Below, one piece after another: positions 53,416 to 63,000 of a DNA stretch of 64,000 nucleotides. The notes under the pieces are model-generated. The model worked only from the letters and a program-made list of their open reading frames with translations, ran no database searches and was not told the origin of the DNA. This DNA comes from Candidatus Marinacidobacterales bacterium (GTDB lineage Bacteria; Acidobacteriota; Vicinamibacteria; Marinacidobacterales; DATDRI01). The translations under genes and the position numbers were made by a program. Location of the stretch: contig OZ244742.1 in assembly GCA_965219415.1 (NCBI GenBank), forward strand, positions 1,312,001 to 1,376,000. The letters run 5' to 3'. Numbering within the stretch: the first letter of the stretch is position 1; every line of letters begins with the position of its first letter.

Positions 53416-53709
53416 CTTGGACAGGGCCGGCCATCGAGGATCTCCGCCAAATCCACGAGTTCATCGCCCGTGATTCCAAGCGTTATGCTGGTGTTACTGT
53501 AAGGAAGATTAGGAGTGCCGCTGCACGCCTCCGAGATTTCCCAGAAAGTGGCGGTGTTGTCCACGAGCTCGCCGAGAGCCAGTACCGAATGGTGCTAAGT
53601 AGGCAACTACCGGGTCGTTTACCGCTATGTCCCGGGCAAGAAGCTCGTCTTGATACTGGCAGTCATTCACGGCAGTCGGCTTCTGCCTCCCGTCATCGAA
53701 AAGAGATAG
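53403..53709 (+). CDS. RelE/ParE-family toxin (TA module 3; frameshift near 53598)
   Basis: VAWTGPAIEDLRQIHEFIARDS, LRDFPESG; removing one A gives VGNYRVVYRY..ILAVIHGSRLL. Confidence 0.85.
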
Positions 53710-54070
53710 AGACAAACCGGCGCCCAGCGGTCTAGAGGCGGGCGAGCACGAACACAGCTCCGATGGCTCTTCGTCCACCATCAAGTCCCGGAGCGCTCAT
53801 CGACTCTCCGCGGACCCTCGAAACATCTCGACCAGGCTTTCAAAAACGGATTGATCGGACTCCAGATTCGAGCACCTCGTTTAGCAGCGCTGGAGCGCCC
53901 TGTTCCTCGTGGCCACGCAGGCCGCGGCGTTCCCCCGCCAAAGTGCGCTACGCTCTTCGATAGACTCAGGACCGAAGCTGCTCCTCGCTAGGTAATGGTT
54001 TCGCCGCGCTCACCATGTGCTATCCTGAACTCAATCCACTCCCCAACATTATTGGAGGAAAAAGTCCACC

Positions 54071-55343
54071 ATGAAGGGGAGCTCTGACGCCGAACGCCTT
54101 CTCGTCTCGCTTGCCAATCAACCCGCTCTCGACCCCCGATGCCTTGCCCGCCCTGCTCAAGGCCACCCGACTCTTCGGCCTCACCTGTGGAGTCCAGCTC
54201 GCCCAGTACAGAAACTCCGGCGAGCCTCTTCAAATCGCCTTTGCCGACTTGCGCAGGCTGGCCTTGCTGGCAAAGTGTTACGAAACCGTCTCCCGAATCC
54301 AGGCCGAGCGATGGCACAAGATTCCCGAAAGACGTCGACCTCATTACACCCCACCCCTACGATTCCAGATCCTCGAGCTCAAGTCCCTCCTTGGCCTTTC
54401 CCAGAAGGAAACCGCCCGGCTCTTTGCGATCTCGAGAAACACCGTGGCCCGCTGGGAGCAGGAAGTTGGGGCGAACCCAGGCCAAGAAACCGTGGGCTCG
54501 CTCGTTAAGCCCGAGCCTCCTATCCGGCGCTATGCCGATGTCCTCCGCCATCTCGTCCATACCATGCACTCCGCGGCTTTCGGAGGCTGCCAGCAGATCG
54601 CCCAGGTTCTCACTCGGGCAGGGTGGAAGATCTCCGAACGCTCTGTCGGCAGAATCTTCAAAGAAAAACCCCTTAAGCCGCCCACTCCCGCACCATCGGC
54701 GAAACCTACTCGAGCTCTCCGCGCTCGCCACCCCAACCACATCTGGATGGCCGACTTCACCACCATCCCGAGCCTTTTTCGATTGTTTTCCTTCAAGCTT
54801 GTGATTGTCCTCGATGTTTTCTCAAGAATGCCGCTCGTCGCCAAACTCTTCCGGAAAGAACCCTCCGCCCGACAAATGAGCCGGCTCGTTCAACGGGCCG
54901 CGCGTCGTTTCGGCCCGCCCCGACATTTCGTTTCCGACAAGGGAAAGCAGTTCACTGCAAAACGTTTTCGCAAAACACTGCGACGGCTCGGCACCCGACA
55001 GCGCTTCGGTGCCATCGGGCGGCACGGCTCCATTGCCATCATCGAAAGACTCTGGAGAACACTCAAAGATGCCTTGAACCTTCGCACTTTCAAACCCTTG
55101 GTCAAAGCCGAACTGCAACAACGGCTCGAGCTCGGGCTTTACTATTACACCCGCCTTCGACCTCACCAGGGTTTGGGTGGTGCCACTCCCGCTGAAGTCT
55201 ACTTCGGCCAAGCACCAGCCCATCTCGGAGCTGTCCATCCTCCTCGGGCGCGACCTCGAGAAGGACCCGTCCATTCACCTTTTGAGATCGCTTATCTCGA
55301 TCCAGATCAGATGCTTCCGGTTCTGATTCGCAAAACTGCCTAG
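54071..55343 (+). CDS. HTH + rve DDE integrase/transposase, copy 3 (one frameshift in C-run near 54135)
   Basis: WMADF, VSDKGKQF, IERLWRTLK, RPHQGLGGATPAEVY. Confidence 0.9.
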
Positions 55344-55504
55344 CTTCTCGGCCGAGCGTCGACCAATCCCACGGTCGTCGTCTGCCTTGAACCCTACGTG
55401 GCGCGTCGACATCTCCCACGACCAGGGATCCAGACTACATTCAACGGGCTTGGAACCGGAAAAACTACTCAGATCCGCCGCTCCAACTCCCATTGCGCCC
55501 CTAC
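55344..55504 (+). other. Conserved 3' end of integrase element 3 ending CCAACTCCCATTGCGCCCCTAC
   Basis: Same spacing from the stop codon as copies 1 and 2; final A replaced by C. Confidence 0.75.
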
Positions 55505-55708
55505 CGGATTCCATTTATTTGCAGGGGGCGCCTCGGCAGGGGGGTTCCAAGGCGGGAAACCAAGGCGGGGGAGGCGCGGCACGCCCTTTGCCCACTCCGC
55601 ACTTAAGGGTGGGCGGGGTGATTGAGCTGGCGCATCGCGTCTCCGGTGACGAAGACCTCCGCGCGGAGGAAGCATCGGCCGGCTTCCGGAGCCGGGGAGG
55701 TCTCTTCC

Positions 55709-56110
55709 TTATTCCTCAACGACTGGCCTTCGCCGTATCACATACCTCTTAGTATAGGGTTCGTGCATGGTCGGGGGAAACCTCCACAAATCCGATGAAC
55801 TGATAGACTCCTCCTCCGCATCTTTCTCTTGAGCATGACTGCTTCGGTAATAGAAAACCTCTCCATCGGAAACGTCTAGCAAGGTATTTGCCATTCTCTC
55901 CAATTCCCGAAAGATTGCGCTTTCAGTGTCTGCGCTCTCATACACGGAAACGTAAACTTCGACCCTTTTCGATTGACAGATGTTTGGATCATTTAGTTGC
56001 TTATCTGTGAGGCCGGTCACCTCAGACTCAAGCTTACAATCGACGAGCCGTCCGCCAATCTCCTCTACCGCTAAATTGGAATTTAACTCGAATATGGCAA
56101 CTTTCGACAT
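55709..56110 (-). CDS. Candidate RHS immunity protein
   Basis: 133 aa acidic ORF with RBS, 18 bp after the RHS stop, visibly lower GC than flanks. Confidence 0.65.
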   Translation of the reverse strand: MSKVAIFELNSNLAVEEIGGRLVDCKLESEVTGLTDKQLNDPNICQSKRVEVYVSVYESADTESAIFRELERMANTLLDVSDGEVFYYRSSHAQEKDAEEESISSSDLWRFPPTMHEPYTKRYVIRRRPVVEE

Positions 56111-56128
56111 TTCCTCTCCCGGTTTTCT

Positions 56129-59100
56129 TTACTTCGTAGTCAACCTTTTTGGAAAGAGAAAGTGGTGTATGTCTTCGTCTGGTGGTACGTGAAAATGAAC
56201 CGTCACATTATGCTTCGGAAATACCCGCGTTACAGGATGCCAGTCGAATCGGATAATGAGACTGTTAAGCCTGAGAATCCTATGCCCTAATCTTACGCCA
56301 AATATTCTTTGCTTGTCACCCCCCCTTTCAAAAAGAATGAAACGCCCTGTTCCTCGACGGGTCAAGCTGCTCTTTCCTGGCTTTCTGGATGTTGGAAGCT
56401 GGATGACTAGTTGGTAATCCTTGATATGTCTCCTAACACGTTCCAATGTCTCTCGAACCCTCTGGCTCGTTTGACGTATCGCCTCCGGCAGAGCCAAAAA
56501 GATCACATCTCCAGTATCCCGGGCTACGTCTTGGAAGGCTTTGTAAACTTCTGAAATGGCGATCGACGGCCCTAAGGGTGCTTCCAGAGTCTCCAACACG
56601 GCAGTGCGCAATACAGCGGTTGCTGCGAGCGCCACGACAAAAACGACCGCTAGATTCGCCTCGGCGACGGTAATCTGTTTGCCAGTGGGATCTAGGTTGT
56701 TGACTGGATCCGCATGCGCATACAAGTACTTGTGAAGGCTTAAAGGATCCTGCAGCACACCTTCAAAAGGATCTAAGCTGACGAACCTTCCGACCCGCGG
56801 ATCCAACCACCGAGCGCGGTTGTAGGAGAAGCCCACGTTGGGATCGAAGGGCTCTCCGGCAAACTGGTACGGCTGCGGATCGATGCCGACGTGGTCTAAC
56901 TGCTCCCCGAAGGCAGTATAAGTGTAGCTATCCGTGACGTTCCCTACCTCATCAGTGAGGAACCGAATAGAGCCCAATCCATCGGCGTGGTAGAAACGAG
57001 TCTCGGTGGGTCGGGTAACGGCGAGAAGGTCGTCGACGCCTCTTACATAGTAGGCAATGAGGTTGCCCGCGTTGTCGGTCTCGGCGGCCACGTGGCTGAG
57101 AAAACCTGAGGGGTCGACCAAGAAGTTCGTGACGGAGGGCGGCCCCGTCGCGGGAGTGATTTCCGTTCGGACGCGGTTACCGTCCGCATCGTACGCGTGC
57201 GTGACGACCGTCCCGTCGGCTTTCTCCACGCGGACGAGCCTGTCTTCGAAGTCCCAGAAGTACGTGGCCTCGGTGGACTTGCTAGTGAGGTTCCCGTTGT
57301 CGTCGTAGCTATAGACGGTTCCGTTTTCGGTCAGGAGCCGATCTCGATCGTCATAGGCGTAGTTGACGACGCCGGCACCGAGGCCTGTGGTGGTTTGGAC
57401 GTCTCTGTTACCCACGGGGTCGTAATCGAAGACCTTCTCATAGACCAGCCCAGTCGTGTCGCTGACCTTGTCCCCTGTCAACCGATAGAGATCATCGTAG
57501 GTGTACTCCCTGAAGGTCCCGTCGGCCTCATCGATGCGTTCCCGGTTCCCCGCCAGTCCCAGCGTGAAATCGTAGGACTGGATGACGCCCGACGGTCCCG
57601 TTGTGGTCAGGTCCGTTAGCCGGTTGAGGGTGTCATAGCCGTAACTCGTGGCCGTTGCATTCGGGTGGCTGAGTGAATCACGGTTTCCATTTGGATCCCA
57701 ATCGAAATCATACTGCCCAGCATTCGGGTCGGCGACGATATCCAAACGGCTCGCGTCGTCGTAGCTGAAAGCAGTTGTCAGCACGGTCGTCTCCATTGTA
57801 GCGATCAGACTGGTCCGATTGCCATTGCCATCGTAGCCGTACTCGAGCTTTCGTCCATCCGGGTAGGTCAGAGTTTCCAGACGGTCCCTGTCATCGTACG
57901 CGTAGTTCGTGACACCCCGGGAGTCGGTGGCGGTTTCTCGCCGGCCTGTGTTCGTGTAGGTAAATTCCACGAAGCTCGTGTCGGGAAAATTCCTCCGCGT
58001 TAATCGATTGTTGACGTCATAATCGAATGTGATCGCATTCCCGTCGAACTTCGTCCAGGTCTTGAGGTTCCCGGTCGCGTCATACGCCTTGGTCTCGAAC
58101 GTTCCGTCCGGGAGCGTTCGCTTGGTCTCCCGCCCGAGCTCGTCATACTCAAAGCTGGTGACGTGGTTGTTCGTGTCTTCTTGCTCGATACGGTTTCCGA
58201 CCTCGTCGTAACGATAGATCGTCTCCTGATTGAGAGCGTCGATGACCTTCGTCAGCCGCCCCAAGCAGTCATACTCAAACCGAGTGATCTTGCCGACTTG
58301 ATCCTTCTCGCTGATACGGCGTCCCAGGCTGTCGTAGGTTGTCTCTGTGAACGTGGTATCTGGAAAGATGGTCTTGGTTCTTCGATTCAGCTCATCGTAC
58401 TCGAAGGTCGTCGTACTCGAGCTTGGCGTCCCGCACCGAGATCTGGTTGCCGTTGGGGTCGTAGCCGAAGACGGTCTCATTGCCCAAAGGATCTCGGATG
58501 TGGGTCCTCCGACCCGCCCGGTCATACTCCAAGAACGTAGACTTGCCGCGGGCGTCCACGGTTTCTACTAGCCTTCCCGCATCGTCGTAGACGCTCTCGG
58601 TAAAAGTTAGATCAGGGAAGATCGTCGTCGTGAGGCGACCCAAATCGTCGTATTCGAACGTGGTCACGCGACCCTCTCGGTCCCTCGAGGTGAGTGTTCT
58701 ACCTTCCACATCGTAGGTAAACTCCTCGGTCGTTAGATCGGGGAAGGTGGTCTTGGTGAGGCGGCCCATGTCGTCGTATTCGAACGATGTCTTCCGATTC
58801 AGCTTGTCGAAGCTTTCCACCTGCTTCCCGAGCTCGTCGTAAACGATTCGCGTGGTGGTTCCGTCCGGATCCTCCGTGTCAGTGAGTCGATCCTGCTTGT
58901 CGTACGTGAACGTCGTCACCAAGGTCTCGACGCCGCTTGGAGTGGTCCTGGTCCTCGTCTCGGTGCGGCGGTTTCCGTTGCTGTCGTAGGTGAAGGTTGT
59001 CTCATTCCCTAACGCGTCGATCTCCTTGGTGAGGTTGCCAGAAGCGCTGTACTCGAACTCAGTGACACATAGCTCTCCTTCCACAAGAACAGTCTGAGTT

Positions 59101-60029
59101 TCCACATTACCTTGAGCGTCGTAGGTGAAGGTCGTCTCATTCCCCAGAGCATCGATGGTTTTCTCGAGATTGCCGTTGGCGTCATAGACGTTGGTGGTCA
59201 CTTTCTCGCGGGAGTCCTTGACAGTCAAGACCTGGTCCCTATTGTTGTAGGTGAACTCCGTCCTGTTCCCCTCCGGATCGGTCACATTGGTCTGGTTGTC
59301 CCGATCGTCGTAAGTGAAGAATGTGGTCGGAGGATCGGCCTCCGAAGGATCATGCACGTCAGTCTCCGAAAGGCGATTGTTGTCGTCATCAAATGTCCTC
59401 AAAATGATCTTCCCATTCGGATCCGTCTCCCGAAGTACATTCCCCCGATCGTCGTATTCCAACACCCTGATATTGTCCTCGCGGTCCTTGATGATCTCCT
59501 GTCGGGTGTCGAGATCATGGGTGTACTCGATGGTCTTGCCAAAGGCATCGGTGTGGCTGATGAGCCTTCCCGACACGGGATCGTAGTCGTTGCGGATGGG
59601 CGTGATGCCCCTGGGGTCTTCGATCTCGTCCAGGTGATGAGGTATCGAAGACAAATAACCAAACGTCGTGGTGTTGTTCTCACGATCGGTGTTGGTCTCC
59701 AGATCCCCACTGCCGTCATAGACGTAGAACATGGGGTTGCCTTCGGGATCGATGATGGACTCAATCCTACCCTGAGCGTCCCGGTTAAAGACCACACCCT
59801 TGCCACTCGAGTGTGTAATCCCGCCCGGACTGATCGTCAGCCGGTTGTCATTGAGATCGGTCAAACTCTGGAGTCCTTCACTCTCGTCAATTACTAACTC
59901 TCGGCCGTCTCTCATCGTGAGACGATACCGGTCCGCGTCGTAAACCGTAAAATCCGATTGCCGGAAAAGCTGCACCGTTCCCGGGAAGGCGCCCACAACC
60001 AAAGCCAAGTTACCGTCCGCGGGCTCCAA
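56129..60029 (-). CDS. RHS/YD-repeat core with C-terminal toxin-like domain (frameshift near 58422)
   Basis: Many YD repeats; YHADGLGS, YQFAGEPFD, ARWLDPRVGRFVSLDP, YLYAHADPVNNLDPTG. Confidence 0.92.
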
Positions 60030-63000
60030 GCTCGCTGACGCTTCCCTCGAGCAGAGTACTAGCCACGGAAATCGCCTGATCCGCTCCGGCGCTCACCACC
60101 GGAGCTTCGTTCTGGGGAAACACCGTGACCACCGCTTCGTCGAACACCGTGAACTCGGTGTCGGTGGCGGTCAGACGCAGCACATAAGTTCCCGGATCCA
60201 CGAACGTCGCCGTCGTCAACGGAGAGCTCGGGTCATCCAATACGACCGGTCCAGGTCCCGTGAAACTCCATGTCGACGTCACCGTGGCACCCCGAGGAAG
60301 CCCGTCGTCGGTCACCGAGCCCGAAAGCGTCACCGTGTCCACGGGCAGGATGATCGATTGATCCGGCCCCGCGCTGACTAAAGGCGCCTGATTCGGCGGA
60401 ATGACCGTGATCGTTACCTCATCGCTTCCCGTTAAATCCAAATCATCCGCCGTCAACCGCAACACATATTCTCCCGGCTCCACCATCGTCACCGTCGTCA
60501 ACGGATCCATTGGATCGGTGAAAACCAGGCTCATCGGTCCACCGACCTGACCCCAGAAGGTGTTAAGAACACCGATCGGAAGACCGTCATCGGTGACCGT
60601 GCCGGCTAAGGAAACGACGAGAGACGCTCCCTCTAACGTCAGCAGCTGATCGGCTCCTGCATCGACCACGGGCGCTTGGTTCGGTGTGGCGGTCAGAAAA
60701 ACCTGACCATCGACCGCGTTGTTGGTCTCATCCGATTCGGTATGGAGCCCGACCAAGCCGCCTTCATCATCGGCCACCACCCACAAGGGGAGGGCTTCCG
60801 TCCCCACCGGAACGATCAACGACACATCCCGGAACTGTCGGCCGGCAAGGCTCTCCGTCCGAGTCGTGCCCAGGAGGATTCCACCCGAAGCCGGATCGCC
60901 GTTATAGAAAGACACACCGATCTCCGGGCCCGCTGCATTACCTCCCCCGTTTCCAAGCCGCGCCGTCAACACCACGTCGCTCCCTACCGTCTCTTTCCTC
61001 ACGAAAGACGCCGTCAGGTCGGGAAGGGCGTACACACACCCATCGATCAATACGTTTTGCCGGTAGTTGTTGAAGAGCTCCCAGTTGTTCGACTCTCGAG
61101 CCGGGATCGTTCCGTCGTCGTTGATGTTGGTGATGTGGTAGGTGTACTGGTTCCAAAGAGCTCGAGTAGGCACCCACCGCTCGGAAGGTGTTCCGTAGAC
61201 GAAGATCCCCGCCACGGGGACGGGATTATTGAACTCATTCGCCACCACCACGATCTCCGCCTTGCCGTCCACGTCGACGTCGGCGATGATCGGGTATTCG
61301 AGCCTCGTTGCGCTTCCGATCTCCGTCTCGAAGACCACCGTCCCGTCCGTGCCGTCGAAGACACGAAGCCTCCGTTCATCCGCATACACCACTTCTGCGA
61401 AACCGTCGGCTTCGAAGTCGAAGGCCGAAGAGCCGGTGATCGAGGAGCTGCCGTCGCTTATTGGCACGCTCCACTTGCTCACACCCGTGTGCTCGAAGAC
61501 CTGGTAGCGGCTCCGCCCGGCAACACCGATCTCGGGCTCACCGTCGTTATCCAGATCCGCCACCAGAGGCGGACCTCCCGTGCCTCCCTGATCGATAGGC
61601 ACGGGCCCCCACTTGATCTCACCGGAGTGCTCGAAGAGAAACACGTCTCCGTTCGCCACCAGGACGACTTCTGGGAACGGATCGTCGTCGAAGTCCGTCA
61701 CCGCGATCCAGCCATCGCTAAGCTCTGGGTGATCCCAGTAAATGTCGCCGTTGGCCCGGTAGGCGGTCCTACCCGCCACGATCTCCGGGATTCCGTCCAG
61801 GTCCAGATCCGCCACCCCGGCGAGCGGGTTTCCGAGACGGCCACCCCGACCGCCGGTGCCGGTCCAGCGAAGGCTGCCGTCGTTGTTCAACACTTGCCGG
61901 CCCAAGATGATCTCGGGCGCGCCGTCCCCGTCTAGGCCGGCGAGGGCGGGGCCGCCGTCTCCGGTACCCTGGACGTTGGAGCTCAACCACTTGACGGTTC
62001 CATCGTGCTCGAACGCGATTAGTCGATTCTGATTCTCCGCGACGGCCACGATCTCGACGCGGCCATCTCGATCGATATCTCCCACCGCCACAGGCGAGCC
62101 GCGATGGACGCGGAGGTCCGGGTCGTCCACGGTGAAAAGCTCGGTTCCATCTTGGCCGCTCACCACCCGGAGGAAGCTCTGCGAACGGGCCGACTTCTGG
62201 TAGGTGGTGAAGATGACTTCGGGGACGCCGTCCATATCGAGATCGGCGACCGAGGGGGTCATGATGATTTGCCGGGCATTGGGGAGGATCGAGGAGCTCG
62301 TCCACGACCACTTCAGAACCGGGGCGAAAGGAGCCACCGGCGGCCGGAAATCACACGCCGGGGCGGAGTTTACCGCGTTATTGTCCTCCCTCGTTTCGGT
62401 GACGACGAAGCCGCTGTCGACGAACGTATGAAGCAAGTTACCCACGAGCGTGAGCATCCCGGACACTGGGGCGGTGACCAGTACGGTTCCACCGGTCGAA
62501 AGCCCGGCCTGCGACTCGCTACCCACGAGGTTATCGACGCCCGGTTCGAAGGTGCCGTTGTCGTTCAGGTCTTCGAAGAAAGCGATCTCGAACGTTTCGG
62601 TGACGTCACCCGGTCCGAGGTTCGTGATCTCCGCGGTGAAACTCCCCGAGATCTCGAGCGTCTGGGCGTCGAAGCTCGCGGAGGAGGTGTCGACGGATAG
62701 GATGGTGAGATCGGGCGGCAGCACGGGCGGAGCCACCGTGATCGACACCTGGTCGCTTCCCGTAAGATCGGAGTCGCTGGCGGTGAGCTTCAAAACGTAG
62801 GTGCCGGCCAGCATCGTGGTGAACGAAGTGCCGGTTTGGCTGAGGTCGTCGAAGGAGCCCACGAGCGGACCTTCTTCTTGGCTCCAAGTCGAGCTCAGCG
62901 GTGCCCCGAGGGGTAGGCCGTCGTCCGAGATGACGCCGTCGAGATCGACCCGGATCAACCGGGGCGTGTAAAGCAACAGCGAGTCGAAGAAGCCGTCATT

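Noticed and set aside
49291-55504. CRISPR array from the repeated 23-bp motif followed by giant-gene fragments
   Set aside because: Copies are kilobases apart except one doublet, sit at a fixed distance after integrase stops, and no cas genes are present; better explained as element termini
1-60000. Widespread pseudogenisation or phase variation from the many frameshifts
   Set aside because: Nearly all are single-base indels in short homopolymers within otherwise intact genes, typical of long-read error; needs read polishing to decide
60676-61935. Long + strand ORF opposite the giant gene (and similar shadow ORFs elsewhere)
   Set aside because: Antisense shadows expected in GC-rich coding DNA; no recognisable motifs
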